The translations under genes and the position numbers were made by a program. A DNA stretch of 32,000 nucleotides from Sinorhizobium meliloti (GTDB lineage: Bacteria > Pseudomonadota > Alphaproteobacteria > Rhizobiales > Rhizobiaceae): positions 197,538 to 229,537 of the forward strand of contig NZ_JAGIOS010000004.1 of NCBI RefSeq assembly GCF_017876815.1, read 5' to 3'. The notes under the pieces were generated by a model, which made no database searches, was not told the DNA's origin, and worked only from the letters and a program-made list of their open reading frames with translations. This document shows positions 10,201 to 21,600 of this stretch, one piece after another. How positions within the stretch are numbered: position 1 is the stretch's first letter; every line of letters begins with the position of its first letter.

Positions 10201-13200
10201 ACCGTGTTGATCAAGGAGGCATCCACGGGCGTTCGGGCCAGCTTCAGTGCATCCTCGACGAGGTACAGCTTGCTTCCCTGCGAAAGCGGAAGGAAACACT
10301 CGTAAACGGACAGATCAAAACAGACCGAGGTCGAGAACAGCGTGCGCCTGATCTCTGATTCGGCAAACACGCCGCCACTCCAATGCAGCAGGTTCACTGT
10401 GTTCCGATGCTCGACCATGACGCCCTTAGGCGTGCCGGTGGATCCCGATGTGTAGATGACATAGGCGAGATTGCGGGCTGTCAGGCCGAGGGCATGCGGG
10501 TCGGGATCGTCAGCGGACTGGTCGGCCCAGGCGGGCATGGCCGTATCGAGATCGACCGCGCTCAGATCGGCGATTGCCTCGGCGCCCAACGCCGCGCGAC
10601 CGGCGGCGTCGCAAAGCAGCAGCCGCGGGCCGGCATCGTCGAGCAACTGCCGCAGCCGTTCGCCGGGATAGGCCGGGTCGAGCGGCACATAGGCGCCGCC
10701 GGCCTTGAGGATCGCCAGCAGTCCCACCACCATCGCCGGGCTGCGCTCGACGCAGATCGCCACTGGCTGGTCCGGCCTCACCCCGAGCCCGATCAGATGA
10801 TGGGCCAGCCGGTTGGCATCGGCATTGAGCGCGCCATAGGAGATCGACTGCTCTTCGAAGACCAGTGCGACCGCGTCGGGCACCCGGCGCACCTGCGCCT
10901 CGAACAGCGCATGCACGCAAAGATCCGACGGATAGTCCGCTTCCGTCCGGTTCAACTCCTCCAGCAGGTAGCTGCGCTCGTCGGGAGGCAGGATGTCCAG
11001 CTCGGACACCGGCTGCTCGGCATCGGCAAGCATCGCCCGCAGCAGCGCCAGCAGATAACCACATTGCCGCTCGATCGTCGCCCGGTCGAACAACGCCGTC
11101 GCATAACCGAGAGTCCCGGCGATGGCCTCGCCCTGCTCTCCCAGGTTCAGTTCCAGATCGAACTTGACCTGATCGAGCCCCTCGCCCGCAGCCTCCACCT
11201 GCAGCCCCGGCAGGTCCAATGACCCGCCGGTGTTGTTCTGCCAGGCCAGTCCCACCTGGAACAACGGCGTGTGACCGAGAGCCCGGGGCGGCTGGACGAT
11301 CTCCACCACCTGCTCGAACGGCAGGTCCTGATGATCCTGCGCAGTCAAGGCCGCGCGCCGCGCCCGTTCCAGGAGATCGGACACGCTCGGCTCGCCCGAC
11401 AGATCGATTCGAACCGCCAGGGTGTTGACGAAGAAACCGATTAGATCCTCGATCTCGCGGCGACGACGATTGGCCGTCGGCACACCGATCACGATATCGT
11501 CCTGCCCGGACAGGCGCGACAGCACCGCAGCCCAGGCCGCCAGCACTGTCATGAACAACGTCGTGCCATGCTGCCGGCTCAGCCGCTTGAGCCCGCGCGT
11601 CAGAGCCTCATCGATGATAACCGGCACGCTGGCTCCGGCAAACGACTGCTGTGCCGGCCGCGGCCGGTCCGTCGGCAGCGCCAGACGGGCCGGGGCGCCA
11701 GACAGGGTGTCGCGCCAATACTGCGCCTGACGCTGCAGCCGCTCGCCGGACAACCATTGCCGTTGCCAGGCGGCATAATCCGGATACTGGATCGCCAGCG
11801 GCGGCAAAGGATCGTCCTCTCCAGCCTCAAACGCGCGGTAAAGGCTGCTGAGCTCGCGCACCAGCACCCCCATCGACCAGCCGTCCGAGACTATGTGATG
11901 CTGCGTCAGCAGAAAGACGTGCTCCTCATCCGCCAGCCGGATCAGCCGGCCGCGGATCAGCGGCTCGCGCGCCAGATCGAACGGCGTGCGCGCCTCTTCT
12001 TGGCACAGATCCAAAAGCGCGGCTTGCGCATCCGGCCTGTCCCGCAGATCGTGCTCGACCACCGGCAATCCCCTGTCCCCGGACAAAATCTGGACCTGCG
12101 GGTCATCCTCTCCGGCGACGAACGTGCAGCGCAGCGCCTCGTGACGGGCAAACAGGCGGTCAAGGCTGCGCCGCCAGGCGACACGGTCGAGTCTGCCCTG
12201 CAGTCGCCACCCCAGGGGAATGTTATAGTTCGTGCTGTCTTCGTCCAACTGTGCCAAGAACCAGAGACGCTGCTGCGAATAGGACAGCGGAAGCGCACCA
12301 TCACGTCCGACTGGCATGATGACCGGTGCTGTCTGCGCACCAGAACCGTTCAGCACTTCGCCAACACTTAGCGCCAAATCGGCCAATGTTGGCTTGGCGA
12401 ACAGGATCGCCAGCGGCAGCTCCACTGCCAAGGCCTCGGTCAGCCGGACGAGCACGCGCACCGCCAACAATGAGTGGCCGCCGAGCTCGAAGAAGTTGTC
12501 GTGGCGCCCGACCTGCTCGACGCCGAGAAGCTCGGCCCAGATCCCGGCCAGCAGCGTCTCGATCTCGCCCTGCGGCGCCTCGTAGGCCCGACGCGCATAG
12601 GCATCGTCGTCGGGGACCGGCAGCGCCTTGCGGTCGAGCTTGCCGTTCACCGTCAGCGGCAGTGCATCCAGCCGCACGAAGGCCGACGGCACCATGTAGT
12701 CCGGTAGCAGGCCACCCAGATGCGCCCGCAACGACGCAGCAAGCCCGGCGCCATCGGCTTCGGCCGACCCGTCCGTCGTCTTCGCAACCACATAGGCGAC
12801 GAGCCGCTTGTCGCCCGCCGCATCCGCGTGCGCCACCACCGCGGCATCGCCGACAAGCTCATGCTCCAGCAGCCGGGCGGCGATCTCGCCCGGCTCGATG
12901 CGGAAGCCGCGGATCTTCACCTGGTCGTCATTGCGGCCCAGAAACTCGAGATTGCCGTCCGGCAGGTAGCGCGCCAGGTCGCCGCTCCGGTACATCCGGG
13001 CGCCGGCCTTGCCGCTGAACGGATCCGCCAGGAACCGCTCCGCCGTCAGATCCGGACGGTTCAGGTAGCCGCGCGCCACCCCCGCCCCGCCGATATAAAG
13101 CTCACCAACCGCCCCAAACGGAACCGGCTGACCATGACCGTCCAGAAGATAGATCCGAAGATCCGGAATCCGTTCGCCGATCGGACCGCATGAGCTGGAC

Positions 13201-15668
13201 GTATCAGACTTGTTAAGAAGCCGATAGGTCACATGCACAGTCGTCTCTGTGATGCCGTACATGTTGATCAGCCGTGGGGCATGCTCACAATGCCGTTCGA
13301 ACCACGGCTTAAGAGAGGAAGGCTCCAGGGCCTCGCCTCCAAAAATCAAATAGCGAAGCTGGTTGCGAACTCCACTCTCACGCTCGGCTTCGATCAGAGC
13401 TTTAAACGCCGAGGGCGTCTGGTTGAGCACCGTGGCGCTTGACTTGCAAACCAGCGTATAAAAGTCGGGAGCAGAGCGAGCTATATGCTCCGGTACGAGA
13501 ACCAGACGGCCACCACAGTGGAGCGCTCCCCACAACTCCCAAACCGAGAAGTCGAATGAGAAAGAATGAAACAGGCACCAGACATCGCGCTCGTTGAAAT
13601 CGTACCAGCTCCGCGTCGCCTCAAACAAACGGACAATTTGCGCATGCTCGACCATGACGCCCTTAGGCGTGCCGGTGGATCCCGATGTGTAGATGACATA
13701 GGCGAGATTGCGGGCTGTCAGGCCGAGGGCATGCGGGTCGGGATCGTCAGCGGACTGGTCGGCCCAGGCGGGCGTGGCCGCATCGAGATCGACCGCGCTC
13801 AGATCGTCGATTGCCTCGGCGCCCAACGCCGCGCGGCCGGCGGCGTCGCAAAGCAGCAGCCGCGGGCCGGCATCGTCGAGCAACTGCCGCAGCCGTTCGC
13901 CGGGATAGGCCGGGTCGAGCGGCACATAGGCGCCGCCGGCCTTGAGGATCGCCAGCAGTCCCACCACCATCGCCGGGCTGCGCTCGACGCAGATCGCCAC
14001 TGGCTGGTCCGGCCTCACCCCGAGCCCGATCAGATGATGGGCCAGCCGGTTGGCATCGGCATTGAGCGCGCCATAGGAGATCGACTGCTCTTCGAAGACC
14101 AGTGCGACCGCGTCGGGCACCCGGCGCACCTGCGCCTCGAACAGCGCATGCACGCAAAGATCCGACGGATAGTCCGCTTCCGTCCGGTTCAACTCCTCCA
14201 GCAGGTAGCTGCGCTCGTCGGGAGGCAGGATGTCCAGCTCGGACACCGGCTGCTCGGCATCGGCAAGCATCGCCCGCAGCAGCGCCAGCAGATAACCACA
14301 TTGCCGCTCGATCGTCGCCCGGTCGAACAACGCCGTCGCATAACCGAGAGTCCCGGCGATGGCCTCGCCCTGCTCTCCCAGGTTCAGTTCCAGATCGAAC
14401 TTGACCTGATCGAGCCCCTCGCCCGCAGCCTCCACCTGCAGCCCCGGCAGGTCCAATGACCCGCCGGTGTTGTTCTGCCAGGCCAGTCCCACCTGGAACA
14501 ACGGCGTGTGACCGAGAGCCCGGGGCGGCTGGACGATCTCCACCACCTGCTCGAACGGCAGGTCCTGATGATCCTGCGCAGTCAAGGCCGCGCGCCGCGC
14601 CCGTTCCAGGAGATCGGACACGCTCGGCTCGCCCGACAGATCGATTCGAACCGCCAGGGTGTTGACGAAGAAACCGATTAGATCCTCGATCTCGCGGCGA
14701 CGACGATTGGCCGTCGGCACACCGATCACGATATCGTCCTGCCCGGACAGGCGCGACAGCACCGCAGCCCAGGCCGCCAGCACTGTCATGAACAACGTCG
14801 TGCCATGCTGCCGGCTCAGCCGCTTGAGCCCGCGCGTCAGAGCCTCATCGATGATAACCGGCACGCTGGCTCCGGCAAACGACTGCTGTGCCGGCCGCGG
14901 CCGGTCCGTCGGCAGCGCCAGACGGGCCGGGGCGCCAGACAGGGTGTCGCGCCAATACTGCGCCTGACGCTGCAGCCGCTCGCCGGACAACCATTGCCGT
15001 TGCCAGGCGGCATAATCCGGATACTGGATCGCCAGCGGCGGCAAAGGATCGTCCTCTCCAGCCTCAAACGCGCGGTAAAGGCTGCTGAGCTCGCGCACCA
15101 GCACCCCCATCGACCAGCCGTCCGAGACTATGTGATGCTGCGTCAGCAGAAAGACGTGCTCCTCATCCGCCAGCCGGATCAGCCGGCCGCGGATCAGCGG
15201 CTCGCGCGCCAGATCGAACGGCGTGCGCGCCTCTTCTTGGCACAGATCCAAAAGCGCGGCTTGCGCATCCGGCCTGTCCCGCAGATCGTGCTCGACCACC
15301 GGCAATCCCCTGTCCCCGGACAAAATCTGGACCTGCGGGTCATCCTCTCCGGCGACGAACGTGCAGCGCAGCGCCTCGTGACGGGCAAACAGGCGGTCAA
15401 GGCTGCGCCGCCAGGCGACACGGTCGAGCCTGCCCTGCAGTCGCCACCCCAGGGGAATGTTATAGTTCGTGCTGTCTTCGTCCAACTGTGCCAAGAACCA
15501 GAGACGCTGCTGCGAATAGGACAGCGGAAGCGCACCATCACGGCTGATCTTCGGGATCAGTGTGGCCTTTAGGTTGCTGCCTCGACTTCGCGCTCTGGCC
15601 AGGGAAAGGAGCTTAGCTAAGCCGTCTGAATCCAGTTCTTCTAATTGGCCGATGACAAAATCCGTCAT
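1..15668 (-). CDS. Non-ribosomal peptide synthetase, gene 2 (5' 15.7 kb; 3' end beyond position 1): dock-C-A(Thr)-T-C-A(Cys)-T-C-A(Asn)-T-C-A(orphan code)-T-C/E-A(Leu-like, cut by window edge)
   Basis: Not in the ORF track because there is no in-window stop. Hand translation from ATG 15668-15666 gives [75 protein letters not shown]..., the same C-domain sequence as in the 5133-aa ORF. The His codons of all GVMVEH (A3) anchors here (717, 3996, 7212, 10407, 13644) are in phase with ATG 15668. The divergent stretches I hand-translated (all of core 13143-13643 and the 7004-7118 patch) have no stops, and the rest of core 6771-7211 matches core 3555-3995. 1-6731 duplicates an open part of the 5133-aa ORF. 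Confidence 0.85.
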   Translation of the reverse strand, partial: MTDFVIGQLEELDSDGLAKLLSLARARSRGSNLKATLIPKISRDGALPLSYSQQRLWFLAQLDEDSTNYNIPLGWRLQGRLDRVAWRRSLDRLFARHEALRCTFVAGEDDPQVQILSGDRGLPVVEHDLRDRPDAQAALLDLCQEEARTPFDLAREPLIRGRLIRLADEEHVFLLTQHHIVSDGWSMGVLVRELSSLYRAFEAGEDDPLPPLAIQYPDYAAWQRQWLSGERLQRQAQYWRDTLSGAPARLALPTDRPRPAQQSFAGASVPVIIDEALTRGLKRLSRQHGTTLFMTVLAAWAAVLSRLSGQDDIVIGVPTANRRRREIEDLIGFFVNTLAVRIDLSGEPSVSDLLERARRAALTAQDHQDLPFEQVVEIVQPPRALGHTPLFQVGLAWQNNTGGSLDLPGLQVEAAGEGLDQVKFDLELNLGEQGEAIAGTLGYATALFDRATIERQCGYLLALLRAMLADAEQPVSELDILPPDERSYLLEELNRTEADYPSDLCVHALFEAQVRRVPDAVALVFEEQSISYGALNADANRLAHHLIGLGVRPDQPVAICVERSPAMVVGLLAILKAGGAYVPLDPAYPGERLRQLLDDAGPRLLLCDAAGRAALGAEAIDDLSAVDLDAATPAWADQSADDPDPHALGLTARNLAYVIYTSGSTGTPKGVMVEHAQIVRLFEATRSWYDFNERDVWCLFHSFSFDFSVWELWGALHCGGRLVLVPEHIARSAPDFYTLVCKSSATVLNQTPSAFKALIEAERESGVRNQLRYLIFGGEALEPSSLKPWFERHCEHAPRLINMYGITETTVHVTYRLLNKSDTSSSCGPIGERIPDLRIYLLDGHGQPVPFGAVGELYIGGAGVARGYLNRPDLTAERFLADPFSGKAGARMYRSGDLARYLPDGNLEFLGRNDDQVKIRGFRIEPGEIAARLLEHELVGDAAVVAHADAAGDKRLVAYVVAKTTDGSAEADGAGLAASLRAHLGGLLPDYMVPSAFVRLDALPLTVNGKLDRKALPVPDDDAYARRAYEAPQGEIETLLAGIWAELLGVEQVGRHDNFFELGGHSLLAVRVLVRLTEALAVELPLAILFAKPTLADLALSVGEVLNGSGAQTAPVIMPVGRDGALPLSYSQQRLWFLAQLDEDSTNYNIPLGWRLQGRLDRVAWRRSLDRLFARHEALRCTFVAGEDDPQVQILSGDRGLPVVEHDLRDRPDAQAALLDLCQEEARTPFDLAREPLIRGRLIRLADEEHVFLLTQHHIVSDGWSMGVLVRELSSLYRAFEAGEDDPLPPLAIQYPDYAAWQRQWLSGERLQRQAQYWRDTLSGAPARLALPTDRPRPAQQSFAGASVPVIIDEALTRGLKRLSRQHGTTLFMTVLAAWAAVLSRLSGQDDIVIGVPTANRRRREIEDLIGFFVNTLAVRIDLSGEPSVSDLLERARRAALTAQDHQDLPFEQVVEIVQPPRALGHTPLFQVGLAWQNNTGGSLDLPGLQVEAAGEGLDQVKFDLELNLGEQGEAIAGTLGYATALFDRATIERQCGYLLALLRAMLADAEQPVSELDILPPDERSYLLEELNRTEADYPSDLCVHALFEAQVRRVPDAVALVFEEQSISYGALNADANRLAHHLIGLGVRPDQPVAICVERSPAMVVGLLAILKAGGAYVPLDPAYPGERLRQLLDDAGPRLLLCDAAGRAALGAEAIADLSAVDLDTAMPAWADQSADDPDPHALGLTARNLAYVIYTSGSTGTPKGVMVEHRNTVNLLHWSGGVFAESEIRRTLFSTSVCFDLSVYECFLPLSQGSKLYLVEDALKLARTPVDASLINTVPSAITALVNQKAVPASASVINLAGERVKADLIERIFESTRVQKICNLYAPSETTTYSTWICMPRGQAVVETIGRPISNTRIYLLDGHGQPVPFGAVGELYIGGAGVARGYLNRPDLTAERFLADPFSGKAGARMYRSGDLARYLPDGNLEFLGRNDDQVKIRGFRIEPGEIAARLLEHELVGDAAVVAHADAAGDKRLVAYVVAKTTDGSAEADGAGLAASLRAHLGGLLPDYMVPSAFVRLDALPLTVNGKLDRKALPVPDDDAYARRAYEAPQGEIETLLAGIWAELLGVEQVGRHDNFFELGGHSLLAVRVLVRLTEALAVELPLAILFAKPTLADLALSVGEVLNGSGAQTAPVIMPVGRDGALPLSYSQQRLWFLAQLDEDSTNYNIPLGWRLQGRLDRVAWRRSLDRLFARHEALRCTFVAGEDDPQVQILSGDRGLPVVEHDLRDRPDAQAALLDLCQEEARTPFDLAREPLIRGRLIRLADEEHVFLLTQHHIVSDGWSMGVLVRELSSLYRAFEAGEDDPLPPLAIQYPDYAAWQRQWLSGERLQRQAQYWRDTLSGAPARLALPTDRPRPAQQSFAGASVPVIIDEALTRGLKRLSRQHGTTLFMTVLAAWAAVLSRLSGQDDIVIGVPTANRRRREIEDLIGFFVNTLAVRIDLSGEPSVSDLLERARRAALTAQDHQDLPFEQVVEIVQPPRALGHTPLFQVGLAWQNNTGGSLDLPGLQVEAAGEGLDQVKFDLELNLGEQGEAIAGTLGYATALFDRATIERQCGYLLALLRAMLADAEQPVSELDILPPDERSYLLEELNRTEADYPSDLCVHALFEAQVRRVPDAVALVFEEQSISYGALNADANRLAHHLIGLGVRPDQPVAICVERSPAMVVGLLAILKAGGAYVPLDPAYPGERLRQLLDDAGPRLLLCDAAGRAALGAEAIDDLSAVDLDAAMPAWADQSADDPDPHALGLTARNLAYVIYTSGSTGTPKGVMVEHRGMTNYLSWARESYAPISSSVVSSSLAFDATITSLFAPLICGAQEHLISNRNETENLKVELGLGRSLVKITPSHLDVLGQQLQSAGDASQVEVLVIGGEALSSSTVELWRQIQPAARMVNEYGPTEAVVGCAFHDIPADLSASTNVPIGRPIANTRLYVLDGHGQPVPFGAVGELYIGGAGVARGYLNRPDLTAERFLADPFSGKAGARMYRSGDLARYLPDGNLEFLGRNDDQVKIRGFRIEPGEIAARLLEHELVGDAAVVAHADAAGDKRLVAYVVAKTTDGSAEADGAGLAASLRAHLGGLLPDYMVPSAFVRLDALPLTVNGKLDRKALPVPDDDAYARRAYEAPQGEIETLLAGIWAELLGVEQVGRHDNFFELGGHSLLAVRVLVRLTEALAVELPLAILFAKPTLADLALSVGEVLNGSGAQTAPVIMPVGRDGALPLSYSQQRLWFLAQLDEDSTNYNIPLGWRLQGRLDRVAWRRSLDRLFARHEALRCTFVAGEDDPQVQILSGDRGLPVVEHDLRDRPDAQAALLDLCQEEARTPFDLAREPLIRGRLIRLADEEHVFLLTQHHIVSDGWSMGVLVRELSSLYRAFEAGEDDPLPPLAIQYPDYAAWQRQWLSGERLQRQAQYWRDTLSGAPARLALPTDRPRPAQQSFAGASVPVIIDEALTRGLKRLSRQHGTTLFMTVLAAWAAVLSRLSGQDDIVIGVPTANRRRREIEDLIGFFVNTLAVRIDLSGEPSVSDLLERARRAALTAQDHQDLPFEQVVEIVQPPRALGHTPLFQVGLAWQNNTGGSLDLPGLQVEAAGEGLDQVKFDLELNLGEQGEAIAGTLGYATALFDRATIERQCGYLLALLRAMLADAEQPVSELDILPPDERSYLLEELNRTEADYPSDLCVHALFEAQVRRVPDAVALVFEEQSISYGALNADANRLAHHLIGLGVRPDQPVAICVERSPAMVVGLLAILKAGGAYVPLDPAYPGERLRQLLDDAGPRLLLCDAAGRAALGAEAIADLSAVDLDTAMPAWADQSADDPDPHALGLTARNLAYVIYTSGSTGTPKGVMVEHRGMTNYLSWARESYAPISSSVVSSSLAFDATVNSLFAPLVSGGHALLTKEGDEVEGIRSRVGTPCGLVNVTPSHLDVLGQQLQSAGDASQVEVLVIGGEALSSSTVELWRQIQPAARMVNEYGPTEAVVGCAFHDIPADLSASTNVPIGRPIANTRLYVLDGHGQPVPFGAVGELYIGGAGVARGYLNRPDLTAERFLADRFSGKAGARMYRSGDLARYLPDGNLEFLGRNDDQVKIRGFRIEPGEIAARLLEHELVGDAAVVAHADAAGDKRLVAYVVAKTTDGSAEADGAGLAASLRAHLGGLLPDYMVPSAFVRLDALPLTVNGKLDRKALPVPDDDAYARRAYEAPQGEIETLLAGIWAELLGVEQVGRHDNFFELGGHSLLAVQMMERLRRLSLGVEVRTVFAKPMLADLAASLGSHREVAVPANPITEQSTAITPQMLPLIDLTQPEIDRIVSTVPGGVGNIQDIYGLSPLQDGILFHHLLATQGDPYLLMSQMAFAERGVLDRYLAAVQQVVDRHDILRTAFVWEGLSSPAQVVWRKAALDVLEVELEGCDGSGADELRRRFDPRQYRLDLGRAPLMRFVIAREPGSGRWLLLVLQHHLIGDHTTAEVMHAEVRAVLQGRAHELAAPQPFRNLVAQARLGMDAKAHEAFFREMLADIDEPTLPFALSEVYGDGRGSREARRMLPQALNDRLRHQARRLGVSLASLCHLAWAQVVALSSGREQVVFGTVLFGRMHAGAGADRAMGLFMNTLPLRLDLDETGVEESVRIAHARLAELLSHEHASLALAQRCSDIAAPAPLFSALLNYRHNTPAMAGEGTSDVLSGMEWLGGEERTNYPLTLSVDDFGQELGLTADAVEPISADRICGYMQRALEQLVDALERAPDRPVRELDILPAEERSYLLEELNRTEADYPSDLCVHALFEAQVRRVPDAVALVFEEQSISYGALNADANRLAHHLIGLGVRPDQPVAICVERSPAMVVGLLAILKAGGAYVPLDPAYPGERLRQLLDDAGPRLLLCDAAGRAALGAEAIADLSAVDLDTAMPAWADQSADDPDPHALGLTARNLAYVIYTSGSTGTPKGVMVEHQSLVNLTAWHVQTFCPQPETCCTLTAGVAFDASAWELWSALYNRSTLLLPPRPAAGDPLLLLQWWRDQPLDAAFLVTPLAATALEGELVTPLLEYLLIGGDRLQRVPSRLPSPLKLINNYGPTEVTVVATSGQLFSDAVPHIGRPIANTRLYVLDGHGQPVPFGAVGELYIGGAGVARGYLNRPDLTAERFLADPFSGKAGARMYRSGDLARYLPDGNLEFLGRNDDQVKIRGFRIEP
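1313..2677 (-). other. Condensation domain, dual C/E-like type, module 10
   Basis: Duplicate of 20836..22200. HHLLATQGD at 2520..2546; HH of HHLIGDH at 2181..2186. Confidence 0.7.
2741..2960 (-). other. Thiolation domain, module 9, type 2
   Basis: The reverse complement of 2790..2852 reads [21 protein letters not shown]. Ser codon 2844..2846. Confidence 0.85.
2993..4516 (-). other. Adenylation domain, module 9; specificity core 3555..3995; code DANNVGEVGK (no assignment)
   Basis: Duplicate of module 3 at offset 19523. Shadow ORF 3434..3964 is identical to 22957..23487. Confidence 0.7.
4592..5892 (-). other. Condensation domain, LCL-like, module 9
   Basis: Duplicate of 24115..25415 at offset 19523. 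HH at 5484..5489. Confidence 0.8.
5957..6176 (-). other. Thiolation domain, module 8, type 1
   Basis: Duplicate of 25480..25699. Ser codon 6060..6062. Confidence 0.85.
6209..7732 (-). other. Adenylation domain, module 8; specificity core 6771..7211 (mosaic); code DATKVGEVGK = Asn
   Basis: Hand translation gives [57 protein letters not shown]... The rest of the core is identical to modules 3 and 9. T239 is the codon at 7113-7115 and K278 the codon at 7005-7007. Confidence 0.78.
7004..7118 (-). other. 115-bp divergent low-GC patch inside the module 8 A core (the A4-A5 segment holding code positions 239 and 278)
   Basis: Base-by-base comparison of 6997-7126 with 3781-3910. The flanks are identical and the first and last mismatches are at 7004 and 7118. 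The two segments have equal length (130 bp between shared anchors). Confidence 0.85.
7808..9108 (-). other. Condensation domain, LCL-like, module 8
   Basis: Shadow ORFs 8373..9176 and 8762..9145 are identical to the other LCL copies. HH at 8700..8705. Confidence 0.8.
9173..9392 (-). other. Thiolation domain, module 7, type 1
   Basis: The shadow-ORF translation matches the other type 1 copies. Ser codon 9276..9278. Confidence 0.85.
9425..10927 (-). other. Adenylation domain, module 7; specificity core 9948..10406; code DLYNNALTYK = Cys-type
   Basis: The + strand shadow ORFs 9964..10305 and 9907..10299 are identical to those at 16536..16877 and 26271..26612, so this is the same core as in modules 2 and 5. 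Confidence 0.72.
11003..12303 (-). other. Condensation domain, LCL-like, module 7
   Basis: Shadow ORFs 11568..12371 and 11957..12340 are identical to those of the LCL copies inside the 5133-aa ORF. HH at 11895..11900. Confidence 0.8.
12368..12587 (-). other. Thiolation domain, module 6, type 1
   Basis: Shadow ORFs 12316..12585 and 12474..12707 are identical to the copies at 25428..25697 and 25586..25819. Ser codon 12471..12473. Confidence 0.85.
12620..14164 (-). other. Adenylation domain, module 6; specificity core 13143..13643; code DFWNIGMVHK = Thr
   Basis: Hand translation of the minus strand gives [169 protein letters not shown]. This yields the textbook Thr code. Confidence 0.8.
14240..15540 (-). 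other. Condensation domain, LCL-like, module 6 (first domain of gene 2)
   Basis: Hand translation from 15542 downward gives [44 protein letters not shown]... HH of HHIVSDGWS is at 15132..15137. Shadow ORF 14805..15572 matches the other LCL copies except for one substitution. Confidence 0.8.
15543..15668 (-). other. N-terminal 42-aa leader of gene 2 before the C domain: putative acceptor docking element
   Basis: [42 protein letters not shown] precedes [17 protein letters not shown]. Confidence 0.5.
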
Positions 15669-18600
15669 TTCAGACTCCTAGAAGAAAGCAGTTTCTGAAG
15701 TTCGTGGCTATCAAATTCTTGTGCAATCAAGCTGATGGAAGATTCACGGGCTAGCTCGGCCAATGTTGGCTTGGCGAACAGGATCGCCAGCGGCAGCTCC
15801 ACTGCCAAGGCCTCGGTCAGCCGGACGAGCACGCGCACCGCCAACAATGAGTGGCCGCCGAGTTCGAAGAAGTTGTCGTGGCGCCCGACCCGCTCGACGC
15901 CGAGAAGCTCGGCCCAGATCCCGGCCAGCAGCGTCTCGATCTCGCCCTGCGGCGCCTCGTAGGCCCGACGCGCATAGGCATCGTCGTCGGGGACCGGCAG
16001 CGCCTTGCGATCGAGCTTGCCGTTCACCGTCAGCGGCAGTGCATCCAGCCGCACGAAGGCCGACGGCACCATGTAGTCCGGCAGCAGGCCACCCAGATGC
16101 GCCCGCAACGACGCAGCAAGCCCGGCGCCATCGGCTTCGGCCGACCCGTCCGTCGTCTTCGCAACCACATAGGCGACGAGCCGCTTGTCGCCCGCCGCAT
16201 CCGCGTGCGCCACCACCGCGGCATCGCCGACAAGCTCATGCTCCAGCAGCCGGGCGGCGATCTCGCCCGGCTCGATGCGGAAGCCGCGGATCTTCACCTG
16301 GTCGTCATTGCGGCCCAGAAACTCGAGATTGCCGTCCGGCAGGTAGCGCGCCAGGTCGCCGCTCCGGTACATCCGGGCGCCGGCCTTGCCGCTGAACGGA
16401 TCCGCCAGGAACCGCTCCGCCGTCAGATCCGGACGGTTCAGGTAGCCGCGCGCCACCCCCGCCCCGCCGATATAAAGCTCACCAACCGCCCCAAACGGAA
16501 CCGGCTGACCATGGCCGTCCAGCAGATAGATCCGCGTGTTCGAGATCGGACGCCCGATCGTTTCGACAACAGCCTGTCCCCTCGGCATGCAAATCCAAGT
16601 CGAGTACGTCGTTGTCTCCGAAGGGGCGTACAGATTGCAAATCTTCTGGACGCGCGTGCTCTCGAATATCCTCTCGATTAGGTCTGCCTTCACCCGCTCG
16701 CCCGCCAAATTGATGACGCTTGCCGATGCCGGCACGGCTTTCTGGTTGACCAGAGCGGTGATCGCCGAGGGGACCGTGTTGATCAAGGAGGCATCCACGG
16801 GCGTTCGGGCCAGCTTCAGTGCATCCTCGACGAGGTACAGCTTGCTTCCCTGCGAAAGCGGAAGGAAACACTCGTAAACGGACAGATCAAAACAGACCGA
16901 GGTCGAGAACAGCGTGCGCCTGATCTCTGATTCGGCAAACACGCCGCCACTCCAATGCAGCAGGTTCACTGTGTTCCGATGCTCGACCATGACGCCCTTA
17001 GGCGTGCCGGTGGATCCCGATGTGTAGATGACATAGGCGAGATTGCGGGCTGTCAGGCCGAGGGCATGCGGGTCGGGATCGTCAGCGGACTGGTCGGCCC
17101 AGGCGGGCATGGCCGTATCGAGATCGACCGCGCTCAGATCGGCGATTGCCTCGGCGCCCAACGCCGCGCGACCGGCGGCGTCGCAAAGCAGCAGCCGCGG
17201 GCCGGCATCGTCGAGCAACTGCCGCAGCCGTTCGCCGGGATAGGCCGGGTCGAGCGGCACATAGGCGCCGCCGGCCTTGAGGATCGCCAGCAGTCCCACC
17301 ACCATCGCCGGGCTGCGCTCGACGCAGATCGCCACTGGCTGGTCCGGCCTCACCCCGAGCCCGATCAGATGATGGGCCAGCCGGTTGGCATCGGCATTGA
17401 GCGCGCCATAGGAGATCGACTGCTCTTCGAAGACCAGTGCGACCGCGTCGGGCACCCGGCGCACCTGCGCCTCGAACAGCGCATGCACGCAAAGATCCGA
17501 CGGATAGTCCGCTTCCGTCCGGTTCAACTCCTCCAGCAGGTAGCTGCGCTCCTCAGCCGGAAGAATGTCGAGCTCGCGCACCGGCCTATCGGGCGCTCGC
17601 TCCAGCGCGTCGACCAGTTGCTCGAGCGCCCGCTGCATATAGCCGCAGATCCGATCGGCGGAGATCGGTTCGACCGCATCCGCCGTGAGCCCCAGCTCCT
17701 GACCAAAATCATCCACCGACAATGTCAGCGGGTAGTTGGTCCGTTCCTCGCCCCCCAGCCATTCCATGCCGGACAGCACGTCGCTTGTTCCCTCGCCGGC
17801 CATGGCCGGCGTGTTGTGGCGATAGTTCAGCAGCGCACTGAACAGTGGCGCTGGTGCGGCAATATCGCTGCAGCGTTGCGCCAATGCCAGCGAGGCATGC
17901 TCGTGTGAGAGCAATTCGGCCAGACGGGCGTGGGCGATACGCACACTTTCCTCGACCCCGGTCTCATCCAGATCCAGCCGCAACGGCAAGGTATTCATGA
18001 ACAAGCCCATGGCACGGTCGGCGCCGGCACCCGCATGCATGCGGCCGAACAGCACCGTGCCGAACACCACCTGCTCGCGCCCGCTGCTCAGCGCCACCAC
18101 CTGGGCCCAGGCCAGATGGCAAAGGCTAGCCAGACTCACCCCCAGCCGCCGCGCCTGGTGGCGCAGCCGATCGTTGAGCGCCTGCGGCAGCATCCGCCGT
18201 GCCTCGCGGGATCCGCGGCCGTCGCCGTAGACCTCGCTCAGAGCGAACGGCAGGGTCGGCTCGTCGATGTCGGCCAGCATCTCCCGGAAGAACGCTTCAT
18301 GCGCTTTGGCATCCATGCCAAGCCGCGCCTGCGCCACCAGGTTGCGGAACGGCTGCGGCGCTGCAAGCTCATGCGCGCGCCCCTGCAGCACGGCCCGGAC
18401 CTCGGCATGCATCACTTCGGCCGTCGTATGATCGCCGATCAGATGGTGCTGCAACACCAAAAGCAGCCAGCGCCCACTGCCCGGTTCGCGCGCGATCACG
18501 AACCGCATCAGCGGCGCCCGGCCAAGGTCGAGACGGTACTGGCGCGGATCGAACCGCCGCCTGAGCTCATCGGCGCCGGAACCATCACAGCCCTCCAGCT

Positions 18601-21600
18601 CGACCTCGAGCACATCCAAGGCCGCCTTGCGCCAGACAACCTGCGCCGGGCTCGACAGACCCTCCCAGACAAAGGCCGTGCGCAGAATGTCGTGGCGGTC
18701 GACCACCTGTTGAACCGCAGCAAGGTAGCGATCGAGCACACCCCGCTCGGCAAAGGCCATCTGCGACATCAGGAGATAGGGGTCACCCTGGGTTGCCAGC
18801 AAATGATGGAACAGAATGCCGTCCTGCAGCGGCGACAGGCCATAGATATCCTGGATATTGCCGACGCCGCCGGGCACCGTCGACACGATCCGGTCGATCT
18901 CCGGTTGGGTAAGATCGATCAGCGGCAGCATCTGCGGCGTGATCGCCGTACTCTGTTCCGTGATCGGGTTGGCAGGCACCGCCACCTCCCGGTGGCTGCC
19001 AAGACTGGCGGCCAGATCGGCAAGCATCGGCTTTGCAAATACGGTGCGAACCTCGACCCCGAGCGACAGCCGCCGCAGACGCTCCATCATTTGAACGGCC
19101 AACAATGAGTGGCCGCCGAGCTCGAAGAAGTTGTCGTGGCGCCCGACCTGCTCGACGCCGAGAAGCTCGGCCCAGATCCCGGCCAGCAGCGTCTCGATCT
19201 CGCCCTGCGGCGCCTCGTAGGCCCGACGCGCATAGGCATCGTCGTCGGGGACCGGCAGCGCCTTGCGGTCGAGCTTGCCGTTCACCGTCAGCGGCAGTGC
19301 ATCCAGCCGCACGAAGGCCGACGGCACCATGTAGTCCGGTAGCAGGCCACCCAGATGCGCCCGCAACGACGCAGCAAGCCCGGCGCCATCGGCTTCGGCC
19401 GACCCGTCCGTCGTCTTCGCAACCACATAGGCGACGAGCCGCTTGTCGCCCGCCGCATCCGCGTGCGCCACCACCGCGGCATCGCCGACAAGCTCATGCT
19501 CCAGCAGCCGGGCGGCGATCTCGCCCGGCTCGATGCGGAAGCCGCGGATCTTCACCTGGTCGTCATTGCGGCCCAGAAACTCGAGATTGCCGTCCGGCAG
19601 GTAGCGCGCCAGGTCGCCGCTCCGGTACATCCGGGCGCCGGCCTTGCCGCTGAACGGATCCGCCAGGAACCGCTCCGCCGTCAGATCCGGACGGTTCAGG
19701 TAGCCGCGCGCCACCCCCGCCCCGCCGATATAAAGCTCACCAACCGCCCCAAACGGAACCGGCTGACCATGGCCGTCAAGCACATAAAGCCGCGTGTTCG
19801 CAATCGGACGGCCGATATGTGGCACAGCGTCACTGAAGAGCTGTCCCGACGTTGCCACCACAGTAACTTCCGTAGGACCATAGTTGTTTATTAACTTGAG
19901 AGGCGACGGTAGCCGGGAAGGCACACGCTGCAGACGATCACCGCCAATAAGCAAGTACTCCAACAAGGGAGTTACCAGCTCGCCTTCCAATGCCGTTGCA
20001 GCCAGCGGCGTGACTAAAAAGGCGGCGTCCAGTGGTTGATCACGCCACCATTGCAGGAGAAGCAGAGGATCTCCTGCTGCCGGTCTGGGTGGGAGCAGCA
20101 ATGTGCTGCGATTGTATAATGCAGACCATAACTCCCAAGCGCTGGCATCGAATGCCACTCCAGCCGTGAGTGTGCAGCAGGTTTCTGGTTGCGGACAAAA
20201 TGTTTGCACATGCCATGCTGTGAGATTGACCAGGCTTTGATGCTCGACCATGACGCCCTTAGGCGTGCCGGTGGATCCCGATGTGTAGATGACATAGGCG
20301 AGATTGCGGGCTGTCAGGCCGAGGGCATGCGGGTCGGGATCGTCAGCGGACTGGTCGGCCCAGGCGGGCATGGCCGTATCGAGATCGACCGCGCTCAGAT
20401 CGGCGATTGCCTCGGCGCCCAACGCCGCGCGACCGGCGGCGTCGCAAAGCAGCAGCCGCGGGCCGGCATCGTCGAGCAACTGCCGCAGCCGTTCGCCGGG
20501 ATAGGCCGGGTCGAGCGGCACATAGGCGCCGCCGGCCTTGAGGATCGCCAGCAGTCCCACCACCATCGCCGGGCTGCGCTCGACGCAGATCGCCACTGGC
20601 TGGTCCGGCCTCACCCCGAGCCCGATCAGATGATGGGCCAGCCGGTTGGCATCGGCATTGAGCGCGCCATAGGAGATCGACTGCTCTTCGAAGACCAGTG
20701 CGACCGCGTCGGGCACCCGGCGCACCTGCGCCTCGAACAGCGCATGCACGCAAAGATCCGACGGATAGTCCGCTTCCGTCCGGTTCAACTCCTCCAGCAG
20801 GTAGCTGCGCTCCTCAGCCGGAAGAATGTCGAGCTCGCGCACCGGCCTATCGGGCGCTCGCTCCAGCGCGTCGACCAGTTGCTCGAGCGCCCGCTGCATA
20901 TAGCCGCAGATCCGATCGGCGGAGATCGGTTCGACCGCATCCGCCGTGAGCCCCAGCTCCTGACCAAAATCATCCACCGACAATGTCAGCGGGTAGTTGG
21001 TCCGTTCCTCGCCCCCCAGCCATTCCATGCCGGACAGCACGTCGCTTGTTCCCTCGCCGGCCATGGCCGGCGTGTTGTGGCGATAGTTCAGCAGCGCACT
21101 GAACAGTGGCGCTGGTGCGGCAATATCGCTGCAGCGTTGCGCCAATGCCAGCGAGGCATGCTCGTGTGAGAGCAATTCGGCCAGACGGGCGTGGGCGATA
21201 CGCACACTTTCCTCGACCCCGGTCTCATCCAGATCCAGCCGCAACGGCAAGGTATTCATGAACAAGCCCATGGCACGGTCGGCGCCGGCACCCGCATGCA
21301 TGCGGCCGAACAGCACCGTGCCGAACACCACCTGCTCGCGCCCGCTGCTCAGCGCCACCACCTGGGCCCAGGCCAGATGGCAAAGGCTAGCCAGACTCAC
21401 CCCCAGCCGCCGCGCCTGGTGGCGCAGCCGATCGTTGAGCGCCTGCGGCAGCATCCGCCGTGCCTCGCGGGATCCGCGGCCGTCGCCGTAGACCTCGCTC
21501 AGAGCGAACGGCAGGGTCGGCTCGTCGATGTCGGCCAGCATCTCCCGGAAGAACGCTTCATGCGCTTTGGCATCCATGCCAAGCCGCGCCTGCGCCACCA

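Larger units (their letters stand above)
10407..13142. repeat. 2736-bp scaffold unit, LCL type
   Basis: As for 26714..29449. Confidence 0.85.
13644..16519. repeat. 2876-bp scaffold unit, LCL type, with the 75-bp T-C linker replaced by the 215-bp gene-junction cassette
   Basis: Identical to the 2736-bp units outside 15543..15757. Confidence 0.85.
16979..19777. repeat. 2799-bp scaffold unit, C/E type
   Basis: As for 20240..23038. Confidence 0.85.

Noticed and set aside
15665-15757. Thioesterase or reductase release domain at the end of gene 1.
   Set aside because: Only 30 residues follow the T domain, far too short. The next gene starts with a C domain, so the chain is passed on rather than released. 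No release domain is visible anywhere in the window.
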